From Nanobdellota archaeon (lineage in GTDB: Archaea; Nanobdellota; Nanobdellia; Pacearchaeales; GW2011-AR1), in contig JAUSKH010000043.1 of NCBI GenBank assembly GCA_030647095.1, positions 1,732 through 65,731 on the forward strand: DNA of 64,000 bases. Reading direction: 5' to 3'. This document shows, piece by piece, positions 48,635 to 57,648 of the stretch (the first letter of the stretch is position 1; every line of letters starts with the position of its first letter). The notes beneath the pieces are model-generated. The model saw nothing but the letters and a program-made list of their open reading frames with translations. It had not been told where the DNA came from and did not search any database. A program made the translations under genes and the position numbers.

Positions 48635-48743
48635 GTATAGGTAAAGTAAAGACACTATAAAATACTTTCTATTATACACCCTGTACAGGGGAGATAAATA
48701 ATATAAGTCCTTTTTCTTATAGGAAATTAAGGAGAAACGAAAA

Positions 48744-49094
48744 ATGCCACCAAGCGGATTTAGCCAAGAAGCGATAAATGGATTGCTTACATTTGTAAGA
48801 TCCACTTACGAGAATACTCTAGATAGATATAAATATAAAAATCTTCCTGAAAGAGAAAAATTACAGGCAAGTATAGGATATTTAGAAGGAGTTGTTAAAT
48901 CAACTGCTCCTTTAGCTTTAAATGGAACGGTTTCGTGTGAGGGTATAGAAGGACTAGCTAAATTTGTCTCGGTCAATTTTAGGGATCTTATAGCCGAAAT
49001 TAGTGTAGGAAAAAAGAAAGAAGGCGAGGCTATTCAGACAGAATTAACTCATATTGGTAGTTATCTTTCTCAATTTAAATTGGAGGAACAATAA
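48744..49094 (+). CDS. Hypothetical protein
   Basis: 116 aa, divergent from TrmB gene; internal repeat GLxxFV. Confidence 0.65.
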   Translation: MPPSGFSQEAINGLLTFVRSTYENTLDRYKYKNLPEREKLQASIGYLEGVVKSTAPLALNGTVSCEGIEGLAKFVSVNFRDLIAEISVGKKKEGEAIQTELTHIGSYLSQFKLEEQ

Positions 49095-49095
49095 T

Positions 49096-49503
49096 ATGCC
49101 ACTGTGTGGATTTAACGAAAAAATGCTGAAGGGTCTTAGAGACCTCCAAGAAGGATTAGTCGAACATGGGTTATATGAACGTTCAAAAGAAACGGGTCAA
49201 ACCTATGAGGGAAGATTAAATGAAGAGTTATCCGATATGCGTAGGTTTTCTGGAGAAATGGATAGAATAGTAGATCCAGAAATGAAAGATATTACGAGAG
49301 GACTCTCAACTTTTGCAGGAGCGTTTTATAGGCTAGCAAGAAGAAAAGGATTAGACAATTATAAAGAGACTGTACAAGCAGTAAACGATTTCTTTGTCGA
49401 AATGGATAAGGTTTATTACGGAGAAAAACAGGGTGAGGGATTACAAGGAAAACCCAATGATATGAGAGATTTAGCAGACCATCTAAACAAGGTGAAAGTT
49501 TAA
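49096..49503 (+). CDS. Hypothetical protein
   Basis: MPLCGFNEKM...; SD-like GGAGG upstream. Confidence 0.65.
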   Translation: MPLCGFNEKMLKGLRDLQEGLVEHGLYERSKETGQTYEGRLNEELSDMRRFSGEMDRIVDPEMKDITRGLSTFAGAFYRLARRKGLDNYKETVQAVNDFFVEMDKVYYGEKQGEGLQGKPNDMRDLADHLNKVKV

Positions 49504-49516
49504 GATAAACTATAAG

Positions 49517-49571
49517 AAAAATTTTGGGACACTTCTTTCCGCTATATTTATAAGATAGGTCATAAAAGTGT
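49517..49571. repeat. Recombination-like site 2
   Basis: 38 bp identical to 52543-52580; imperfect palindrome centred on 49550. Confidence 0.8.
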
Positions 49572-49613
49572 AACAGTTAGTAAAATCACAACATAAGTTA
49601 CACGCTATCCAAC

Positions 49614-50540
49614 TTATAACTTTAATTCTTGTATTATTTCCTTTAAGAAAACATTAAATTCTTTTACAAATTTAGAAAAACTTTGGCCTATTGGAATTAA
49701 CATTAATGTCTCTTCTTCTCCTAAAATCAAATTATCACTAAGTTGAGTCTCTTTATTTTTTATATTTTGACTATACTTCTCAAATTTTAACATATTGCTT
49801 ATCTTCTCGATTATTTCCTTCTTAAAATCATTTAATTCCAATTTATCCTTTTTTGTTATTAAAAATACATCAACAAAGTCTCTTGCTTTAATTCCTCGTC
49901 TTGTTAATATTGCTCTTACTTTTTCTATAAGAATCTCTTTTAAATCATAAGCTTTAATCTTCACTGGTTTCAAAAGAGTTTCTGCATCTTCAGAAGCTAT
50001 AAAAGAAAGATCTTTTTCAAGATTCTTTGGCACAATAAGTCCTACATTTAATTCCTTTATAGGATAGTTTAGTTTTTCGATATGATTCACTTGAATTTTA
50101 ACAAATGTTTCTTTTTCTAATTCCTTAGAATTATACCAAATTTTAAAGGTTACAAATGCGTTGCTTCCTCCAAATTGAAAATATCTTTTGTTTTCTTTTT
50201 CCATTTTAAAGTCCAAATCAAGATTTTTAGCTATAATCTCTATTAATTCTCCTAATTTGTTAATCTTATCTGACATTATTTCTCTAATTTTAGTTTTTGA
50301 TTTTCCAATAAAGTCTTTTTGGTTCAAATAAGTAAAATCCATATCTTCAGAAAATCTATAATAACCAAAATAACATTTTGTTAAACAAGTTCCACCTTTG
50401 AAAGCATAATCTTGAAAAAAGTCTGTATTTTGAGTTAAATGAAATAAAATTTTACTAAGAATAATATCTTTTTCTATCAAATCTCTTCTGGCTATATTTA
50501 ATCTCTTTGAAATAAAATCTGTTAATTCTTTATTTATCAT
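49614..50540 (-). CDS. AbiEii-family nucleotidyltransferase toxin (type IV TA)
   Basis: LIEKD, FKGGTCL, RFSEDMDF, EKVRA..R...RDFVD. Confidence 0.9.
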   Translation of the reverse strand: MINKELTDFISKRLNIARRDLIEKDIILSKILFHLTQNTDFFQDYAFKGGTCLTKCYFGYYRFSEDMDFTYLNQKDFIGKSKTKIREIMSDKINKLGELIEIIAKNLDLDFKMEKENKRYFQFGGSNAFVTFKIWYNSKELEKETFVKIQVNHIEKLNYPIKELNVGLIVPKNLEKDLSFIASEDAETLLKPVKIKAYDLKEILIEKVRAILTRRGIKARDFVDVFLITKKDKLELNDFKKEIIEKISNMLKFEKYSQNIKNKETQLSDNLILGEEETLMLIPIGQSFSKFVKEFNVFLKEIIQELKL

Positions 50541-51145
50541 TTTAGCTCCTTTGTGATATTTATAACTCTCATATTGTAATTTTTAGCATATTTAAGTAGC
50601 TTCGTTCTTGATAATTCCTCAGAGATTTCTTCAAATTCTTCTTTAGTATAATGCTTTAAATACAACAAGTCAAGTAAAGTTTTCTCTGAATCAGAATAAT
50701 TAACCTTCCTTTTTATTATTCCAAAAGAAAACATTTTTGGAGACAGCTTATAGAATTTTACTTTTCTTCCCATCATAGTTATTGGTTTAGCTCTAAAGAG
50801 CTTATCATTGAGAACATAATCTATTGTAAAGTATTCGTGTGTTAGATTATTAAATTTCAAGCCAGTTTCTAAGCCAAAGTACCAATTTTTAACTCCTTTG
50901 ACCTTCAGTGCTTCTTTTAAAATCTCAAAAGAGTTCATTTCAGACTTGCCCCACTTCCTCTCTTCAGTAGAATAAACATAAAATATTCCTCTGAAAACTC
51001 TAGCTACATATTTGTTACGAAGCAAATATTTTATTGTTGGAAGATAATCAAGAGAGAGTCTTCTACAATAATCCTTTATTTCATCTGCCAAAATAAATTT
51101 TTTATTATCTCTGGCTAATTTTTCTACAATCAATTTAAGTGTCAT
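50537..51145 (-). CDS. AbiEi-like antitoxin
   Basis: RVFRGIFYV, WYFGLETGL, SDSEKTLLD; overlaps toxin start. Confidence 0.8.
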   Translation of the reverse strand: MTLKLIVEKLARDNKKFILADEIKDYCRRLSLDYLPTIKYLLRNKYVARVFRGIFYVYSTEERKWGKSEMNSFEILKEALKVKGVKNWYFGLETGLKFNNLTHEYFTIDYVLNDKLFRAKPITMMGRKVKFYKLSPKMFSFGIIKRKVNYSDSEKTLLDLLYLKHYTKEEFEEISEELSRTKLLKYAKNYNMRVINITKELK

Positions 51146-51314
51146 CTTTCTCCCAGATTATAATATCATAAAGATACAAAATATGTAACCTATTGATATT
51201 TATAAATCTATCTATTTTTCTCCTTTTTAGATTAATTACAATGCTGTTTGTTACTCATATATTTTCAATCCTAAACACGAGCCTCTTGTTTCTAGTGTAT
51301 TAGACATAAAGAAT

Positions 51315-51902
51315 ATGATTAAGAAAAAACATGACTCTACCAAACCTTTGAAGGATTTTGAACTTTCCTCTGTTTTAGATTTATATTTGAAAGAATTGAA
51401 GACGATATCAACTGGAACGAAAGACGCTCACAAGTATCATCTTCTTGCTTCAAGAATTTTCTTTGAAATATTCAGAGAGCAATTAGGAGAGCCCAACAAC
51501 GAACGAGAAATAAATGAAGGCCGTGGACGAATAGACTTTACTTGTAAGAATAAAAACAAAGAAGGCATTTTCAAAAATCTGAAAGAACTTAGAGACATTA
51601 AATGTCCAGAGGTAATGGTCGAGTGCAAGAATTATGAAAACGACTTAACTAACGATGAATATTCTCAACTCTCAGAGCGATTGATAAGTGATAGGGGTGT
51701 GCTTGGTTTTCTTTTGTGTAGAAACAAGAAAGATAAAACTAAAATCTTAAAACATTGTCAAGACAGAAAGAAAGGAGGAAAATATATTATTGTTTTAGAC
51801 GACAAAGATGTAGTGGAGTTGGCTAACTATAAATTAAACGATGAAGATAGCAGTGCAATCAACGATTTTGTAGAAAATAAAATTAAAGAGATAATAGATT
51901 GA
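51315..51902 (+). CDS. Restriction endonuclease-like PD-(D/E)xK protein (possibly N-truncated)
   Basis: EGRGRIDF...MVECKNY...EYSQL. Confidence 0.7.
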   Translation: MIKKKHDSTKPLKDFELSSVLDLYLKELKTISTGTKDAHKYHLLASRIFFEIFREQLGEPNNEREINEGRGRIDFTCKNKNKEGIFKNLKELRDIKCPEVMVECKNYENDLTNDEYSQLSERLISDRGVLGFLLCRNKKDKTKILKHCQDRKKGGKYIIVLDDKDVVELANYKLNDEDSSAINDFVENKIKEIID

Positions 51903-51941
51903 GTGCGTAATCTTTAAATCTTTGATTTTGTATAAATTAAT

Positions 51942-52494
51942 ATGGTAAAATTAACAAAAGAGGAAATGATTAAAGCAAATAGGAAAGAATATTTGAAAAA
52001 GTATCGTAAGAGAGAAGATGTTAAAGCTAAACAGAGAGAAAGAATGAAAAGACATAACAGCAGACCTGAAGTTAAACTGAGACAAAGGGTTTACGGGCAG
52101 AGCCCTGAATTTAAAGAGCGTAAGAGAATAAGGGCGCAACGTCCAGATGTCAAAGCTAAGAAAAAGATTTATGCCAAGCGTCCAGAAGTTTTAGCAAGAA
52201 AAAGAGAGTATATGAAAGAGTATTATGCCAGACCAGAAATTAAAGAGTATTACAGAAAATTACAATCAGTGTCCAGAGGCGAGAGCTAAGAGGAAAAAAT
52301 ACAGAAAAAAACCAAAAATTGTTTCTAAACTGAAGAAATATATGAAAGAGTATCGTAAATCTAAAAAATTTAAGCTAAAGAGTCTAGAAAGAAGTCAGAC
52401 GCCGGAAGCTATAACTTACAGAAAGGCGTATCAAAAAACACCAGAACAAACAGCTAAGCGTCGAGCTAGGCAAAAAGCAAGACGAGAAAAATGA
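51942..52494 (+). CDS. Lys/Arg-rich repeat protein split by a single frameshift (51942-52289 and 52225-52494)
   Basis: RPEVK/SPEFK/RPDVK/TPE repeats continue across the frame change near 52260. Confidence 0.5.
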
Positions 52495-52542
52495 TTACAC
52501 TAATTTCTTACAATAGCGGACAACTAAAGATTATCACTTAAA

Positions 52543-52580
52543 AAAAATTTTGGGACACTTCTTTCCGCTATATTTATAAG
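52543..52580. repeat. Recombination-like site 3, overlapping tRNA-Ser promoter region
   Basis: Identical to 49517-49554; 23 bp upstream of tRNA. Confidence 0.8.
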
Positions 52581-52603
52581 TAATCTATAAATACTATTAG
52601 CAT

Positions 52604-52685
52604 GCCGACGTGGGACAATGGTACTCCGGCAGTCTTGAGAACTGCTTTCCTTCGGGATTTCCCGGTTCGATTCCGGGCGTCGGCG
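52604..52685 (+). tRNA. tRNA-Ser(TGA)
   Basis: GCCGACG/CGTCGGC acceptor; GCAGT-CTTGAGA-ACTGC anticodon arm; long variable arm; GGTTCGATTCC. Confidence 0.93.
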
Positions 52686-52742
52686 TCGTACTAGTGGAGT
52701 AAGCGCAGTAAAGTTTATAATATTTAAAAAAGTAGAAATATT

Positions 52743-52970
52743 ATGTATAGCGCAGAGAAAGTTATTGCTATTATTGGAATTTGCACTTTTTTATTCAGTT
52801 TTATTTATGGTGGTTTATACAACGATATATATTCTGTAGGTGGAGTGTTTAGTATTAAAAATATCTTATTTGCATTATTGGGTTCAGTTTTAGCAGGTGT
52901 TTTAGTATATATCTTTGTGAGGTTTATTTATTATGGTATTTCATCTATCTATTATAACTTGAAAAGATAA
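52743..52970 (+). CDS. Small two-TM membrane protein
   Basis: 75 aa hydrophobic ORF. Confidence 0.55.
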   Translation: MYSAEKVIAIIGICTFLFSFIYGGLYNDIYSVGGVFSIKNILFALLGSVLAGVLVYIFVRFIYYGISSIYYNLKR

Positions 52971-53030
52971 GATTAAGAACGTCAGATAAAACGTGGCGTT
53001 GTATTATATAATGGCGTTATTTCTCTTTAT
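52964..53030. repeat. 67-bp direct repeat copy 1
   Basis: 57/67 identical to 53838-53904. Confidence 0.75.
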
Positions 53031-53066
53031 GTGGGGTAGAGAGCGAATAATAAGAAGGTTTATAAA

Positions 53067-53309
53067 ATGGAAGATAAGAAAAAACGGCTAATTATTAGAA
53101 TTGTAAAAAGAGAGTTAGTAGATTATGGGAGAGATAAAATATTTGAATTAAAGACAAATACCCAATATTCTAAAGAGTTTAGTATTTCGATAACTTCATT
53201 TAAAAATATCTTGAAGAATTTAGAAAAGGAAAAACGAGATTATCGGAGCAAACAAATTAGACATCAAACAGGGAAAAAAGTATTGGGAATAAGAGTTTCT
53301 ATGGGATAA
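53067..53309 (+). CDS. Hypothetical protein
   Basis: 80-aa ORF. Confidence 0.4.
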   Translation: MEDKKKRLIIRIVKRELVDYGRDKIFELKTNTQYSKEFSISITSFKNILKNLEKEKRDYRSKQIRHQTGKKVLGIRVSMG

Positions 53310-53374
53310 AATTAACTAAAGAAGAACGACAAAATAACAACATTAAAGCGAAGATTGGGGAAGATATAATTAAA

Positions 53375-53689
53375 ATGATGTATAAAAGTGATAAGTGGAA
53401 GGTGGTAAACATTCATAAATGCGCTAATAATGGGTATTGTCAGGTATTGAATACAGAAGAGATTTTAACCTTAAAATGCGGAAAATATTTTATTAAAGAT
53501 TTATCAAAAATAAAGAATAAAATAAAAGAGATACATTTCCCTGATTTACTTTTAGAGAAGAATAATGAAAAAAATATGATTATTGAAGTTAAAGGTGAGG
53601 GGTTTAATTTTCAAAAGGGGTTTAAACAGAAAAGGACATTAGAAGAATTAGGAAAAATGGGCTATGGTATTAAGATTTATATAGTTTAA
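53375..53689 (+). CDS. PD-(D/E)xK nuclease-like protein
   Basis: FPDLLLEK...IIEVKG. Confidence 0.5.
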   Translation: MMYKSDKWKVVNIHKCANNGYCQVLNTEEILTLKCGKYFIKDLSKIKNKIKEIHFPDLLLEKNNEKNMIIEVKGEGFNFQKGFKQKRTLEELGKMGYGIKIYIV

Positions 53690-53704
53690 ATTTGTTATTT
53701 AAAT

Positions 53705-53839
53705 ATGGGTGAAAAATTGTATTATTGCTTAGATTGTGGGAGAGAAATACACCATGTAGGAAGATGTTTGGCGTGTAATGTAAGCGCGAAAAAGAAAAGA
53801 GAAGCGCAAGAAGAAAGGAAAGAAAAGAAAGGGTGGTAA
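53705..53839 (+). CDS. Small zinc-finger protein (not in ORF track)
   Basis: YCLDCG..IHHVGRCLACN, 44 aa. Confidence 0.55.
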   Translation: MGEKLYYCLDCGREIHHVGRCLACNVSAKKKREAQEERKEKKGW

Positions 53840-53904
53840 GATAAGATTGAAAATGTCAGATAAACTTTGGTGTTGTATTGTATAATAGCGTTATTTCTGT
53901 TTAT
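53838..53904. repeat. 67-bp direct repeat copy 2
   Basis: See 52964-53030. Confidence 0.75.
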
Positions 53905-54079
53905 ATTTGGTTACAGAGAAAGAAATGCTTTAATACTATTAGCTATTATTGTGACGCTAGTAAATTGTTATTGTTATTTGAATAATAGATAATAATGCTA
54001 TTTTAAGTAATTCTTATTTAACTCTCTTAATTTCTTAAATAACCATTATTAATAGAATAAGTGTTATTACATTACCGCA

Positions 54080-54091
54080 GGGCGTCGGCGT
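54080..54091 (+). repeat. tRNA-Ser 3'-end duplication (att-like)
   Basis: GGGCGTCGGCGT = 52675-52686. Confidence 0.7.
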
Positions 54092-54124
54092 AAGACTCTA
54101 AGAAACATGAAAAGCATAAAAGAC

Positions 54125-55393
54125 TTATATTCTGTTTTCCAAAAGCCATTTCCATAATGGAATAAATTTAATTTTTATACCCTCAACCGTTCTTTCATCT
54201 TCAAAATCTTTTGTTATAATTAATCCTTTGTTTACTCTAAGTTCTTTTGAGCAACTTACAAGTCCTTTAAGTTCTCTTGATTTTGTTTTTTCTTCGGTTA
54301 TATCGTAACAAACTTGTATAATCTCATTAACTTTAAGCCCTTCTCTAATCACAAAATCAACTTCAGAACCTTGTTTATTCTTCCAATAATTTATCTCTAT
54401 ATTATTTGCTAGTCTTCTTTTTAATTCTAGGAATACGGCATTTTCGTATAATTTTCCTAAATCTTTTTTTCCAGATATTGCATACATAAATCCGGTATCT
54501 CCTAAATACGCTTTTCTTGGGTATTGAGACCTGTCTTTTATTGTCTTAGAATAAATTGGAATAAAAAAGAAAAGGTAACCTTCTTCAGAACTTTTTTCAA
54601 TATTAAGCAAAGTTTGCTTTGCTATTTTATATCCTGCACTTTTGAAAAAATTAAGGCATTTTGATGCTGAAAAATAAGATGATTCGATGATATATTTCCC
54701 GAACAATTCAACTGTTGAAAGATTCTCTTTTGCAATTTCTGCAACATCTAAACTTATTATATCCTTAAAATATGAGTCTATTAATCTTATTTTTTCAAGA
54801 TTATTCTCAATTAAAACTGTCTCTGGAAAACCTCCATAAGTTAAATATTCTGATAATAATCTCTCTATTTTTCCGATTCCTGCTGTAGTCTTTTCTATTT
54901 TAAATTTCTTGAAATCTAAAAATTCTTTAAAAGATAAAGGATATAATTCATTTGATAGAATTCTTCCTCTAAGCGACTTTGTAGGAAAGATAAGATTGCT
55001 TCTTGATGAACTAACTATAATTTTTAATTTCCCTTTTAGCATCTCATGATTTCTTGACAACCAACTCTCCCAGTCACTGACACTTGTAATTTCATCTAAT
55101 AAAAGATAGCCGCTATCTCCAAACCATTTAATTATCTTATCAAGAACCTCTTTATCACTTTTTATTCTGCTGTCTTCAAGATTAATATATCCAACTTTCT
55201 CATTTTGCTTTTTTAATAGATTGTGTAGAATAAGTAGGATACTTGTTTTTCCTGATCTTCTTACACCTGAAATTGAAATTATTTTAAGCTTGGAGTTTGA
55301 TTTAATATTTTCAAGATCTATATTTCTCTCTATAAGTTCTTTGTTTCCTGCGTAACTATTCCACTCCTCAAAAACATCTTCAATGTTATTCAT
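54125..55393 (-). CDS. AAA_14 ATPase with DUF4143 domain
   Basis: GVRRSGKT, LLLDEI, YGGFPE, GKLYENAV, EVDFV. Confidence 0.9.
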   Translation of the reverse strand: MNNIEDVFEEWNSYAGNKELIERNIDLENIKSNSKLKIISISGVRRSGKTSILLILHNLLKKQNEKVGYINLEDSRIKSDKEVLDKIIKWFGDSGYLLLDEITSVSDWESWLSRNHEMLKGKLKIIVSSSRSNLIFPTKSLRGRILSNELYPLSFKEFLDFKKFKIEKTTAGIGKIERLLSEYLTYGGFPETVLIENNLEKIRLIDSYFKDIISLDVAEIAKENLSTVELFGKYIIESSYFSASKCLNFFKSAGYKIAKQTLLNIEKSSEEGYLFFFIPIYSKTIKDRSQYPRKAYLGDTGFMYAISGKKDLGKLYENAVFLELKRRLANNIEINYWKNKQGSEVDFVIREGLKVNEIIQVCYDITEEKTKSRELKGLVSCSKELRVNKGLIITKDFEDERTVEGIKIKFIPLWKWLLENRI

Positions 55394-55534
55394 TATTGTT
55401 TTTATATAAAACGATATTTAAACCTTTCTGTTTTATTTAAAAACAGAAGCTATTACGTGGAAATGATAAAGAGGCATTTTCCTGAAAATATATTGTATCT
55501 GTTATTGATAGAATAAACGCGACCATATTATGGT

Positions 55535-55547
55535 CGGGCGTCGGCGT
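55535..55547 (+). repeat. tRNA-Ser 3'-end duplication (att-like)
   Basis: CGGGCGTCGGCGT = 52674-52686. Confidence 0.7.
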
Positions 55548-55606
55548 TATTAACTAATAAATTCAGCAACAACAATTCTTAAAAACTTCTAGATTTGCTT
55601 CTATAA

Positions 55607-56086
55607 ATGAAAACCCGAAGATTTTACAAGTATTCTAGAGATAAGTCTGAAATAGGCTGGAAAGATTCTAACGATATCTTTGCTATTGGTACTAATTTAG
55701 AACATGTCCTTGAAGCTTTGAGACAAAAAAGCCTAAAGCAAAGATGTATTACCTATACTAATGAATGTAGTGTGGGTGGAGATGTATATGTTGTTCGTAG
55801 AAGATTGTTCCACTTTCAGAATGAGATATCTAGATTTACTGGAGATTCTGGTGGTGCTGGGGGAGATGAAGTTGCTAATATATATGAAGTGGTAATAAAC
55901 TCTACGGAAGATTGGGCTCAGTATTTATCTATTATTGTGAGAGGAAAAGAAATTGATAAAGAATTTAGTCAAAGATTAGAAATCGCTGATTTTGCTCCTG
56001 AACATTCTTATCTTGCTAAAAATGAGATTGTTGGAAAAAGATTTTCAAAAGAAGGACTTTGGTTAGATGATATCGTTGAACTGTAA
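55607..56086 (+). CDS. Hypothetical protein
   Basis: 159-aa ORF. Confidence 0.6.
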   Translation: MKTRRFYKYSRDKSEIGWKDSNDIFAIGTNLEHVLEALRQKSLKQRCITYTNECSVGGDVYVVRRRLFHFQNEISRFTGDSGGAGGDEVANIYEVVINSTEDWAQYLSIIVRGKEIDKEFSQRLEIADFAPEHSYLAKNEIVGKRFSKEGLWLDDIVEL

Positions 56087-56155
56087 AGACTTCCTATTAT
56101 CTAAGTAACTGCTTGAATTCAATAATCCTTATAAAAGCAGAAAAGATATTTTTGA

Positions 56156-57358
56156 ATGGTTTATTTATACGGAGTTACTCATGGAGGTCAGTGGATAGAT
56201 TTTCTTTCGGGTCGTAGTGGAGAAATAGATATAATTCCAACTAAGGAAATGATTGAAGATTTATCAAGATTTCCTAAAGGAACAAAAATTGGTCTTGAAG
56301 CCTTAAGTAAAAAAGATTGGGGAGATGTGAACTTAGATTTATTTATGCGACCATTTGATCCTCCAGAACCTAGATTTGAAGATGATAAAATTGCTATGAG
56401 ACCTTACTATGAAGATAATAATCAAGCTTATTGGAAAAATTTGGAAGAGATATGTTTAAATTTTGGATTTGAGGTTGTATTTTTAGAGAATAAAAACATT
56501 TGGCTTAGATATAATGAGTCTGTAATTAAAATGGTTGAAAATGAGGCGACGAGAAGAAATCTACTCTGTAAGGAAGAAGGAGAAAGTGACGAAGATTATG
56601 CTAGAAAATTGATTAGATTTAATTCTGAGAGATATAAAGAAAATATTTTATCTAGAAAGATACATGAAATTGAAAGAGATGATTCTTTACTTGGTGCAAT
56701 CAAATCTTCAAAAGTAGATATAAGTATAAACGGAATAGCGCACTCTGATTATTGGGTGGCTAATTCTGAAAATATAAATTCTCGCTTTGGGTTTTCTTTT
56801 GAAGGATATTCTGCTGAAGTTGCAATAAATGATCTTGAATTTTTTAGAGGGAATACTCTTTTTGTTAATAATTTAACACCAGATCCTAAAAGGGTTTTTG
56901 AAAGGCAGTGTTTAGAAAGGACTGTTAAATTAATAGAAACTGGCAGGATTAGTGATAGAGAACCAAGGTTTATTGGGACTTGGAATATACATAGTCCTTA
57001 TAATGGTTATTTTGAAATATTTGTTGATAAAAGTAGAAATGGATTTTGTGGAGAAATTATAGACTGCTTGGGTGATGCTGATTTTGAAGGAGAAATAAGT
57101 GATAAAGAAATTAAGTTTACCAAGAAATATAAACAAGAAAAATGCTTAAATCGGGCAAATAAGAAAGAAATAGCTTATAGAGGGATAATTAGAAATGGAA
57201 ATGTCTTTGGATTTTATGAGAATAGTTATTTTTTAGAGCAATTTTATGCTACGCCTGGAAGTCCTAAAAATATAATTGATTTAGGAATGTCTTGGTATGA
57301 TTATGAAAGGGACAATAAACCAGAACTTGAAAATTTAGCTAAAGGGTTTTTTAACTAA
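56156..57358 (+). CDS. Hypothetical protein
   Basis: 400-aa ORF. Confidence 0.7.
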   Translation: MVYLYGVTHGGQWIDFLSGRSGEIDIIPTKEMIEDLSRFPKGTKIGLEALSKKDWGDVNLDLFMRPFDPPEPRFEDDKIAMRPYYEDNNQAYWKNLEEICLNFGFEVVFLENKNIWLRYNESVIKMVENEATRRNLLCKEEGESDEDYARKLIRFNSERYKENILSRKIHEIERDDSLLGAIKSSKVDISINGIAHSDYWVANSENINSRFGFSFEGYSAEVAINDLEFFRGNTLFVNNLTPDPKRVFERQCLERTVKLIETGRISDREPRFIGTWNIHSPYNGYFEIFVDKSRNGFCGEIIDCLGDADFEGEISDKEIKFTKKYKQEKCLNRANKKEIAYRGIIRNGNVFGFYENSYFLEQFYATPGSPKNIIDLGMSWYDYERDNKPELENLAKGFFN

Positions 57359-57617
57359 ACAATTTCTTCCAGAAAGACTTTTTTGTTGAAAGCTCTTTTG
57401 GCTCTATAATTTCGTGTTGGATTTCTGGCTTTGTTTTTAGAATAGGGGCTTCTTCGGCAAGTCTTATATCTACTGCTTTCAATGCTTTTTCTACTTCAAG
57501 ACGAGGATAGCCTTGGTTGATTAGCGCCCACCTTAATGAATCCTTGGTGTAGCCTTTTTTAAGATTCTTTTTCAAGTAGTCTGTTATATCTTGCATGTAC
57601 TTTCTATCTTTTATCAT
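57351..57617 (-). CDS. Hypothetical protein
   Basis: YLKKNLKKGY..LRWALINQGY helical motif. Confidence 0.7.
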   Translation of the reverse strand: MIKDRKYMQDITDYLKKNLKKGYTKDSLRWALINQGYPRLEVEKALKAVDIRLAEEAPILKTKPEIQHEIIEPKELSTKKSFWKKLFS

Positions 57618-57648
57618 TTGGTTTGTTGGTAAGTGGGATATTTAAATT

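Noticed and set aside
52604-52685. Selenocysteine or suppressor tRNA
   Set aside because: Anticodon TGA reads Ser UCA; Sec would need anticodon TCA
52964-53904. Canonical integron attC sites
   Set aside because: No clean RYYYAAC/GTTRRRY boxes and no IntI; kept only as unexplained repeats
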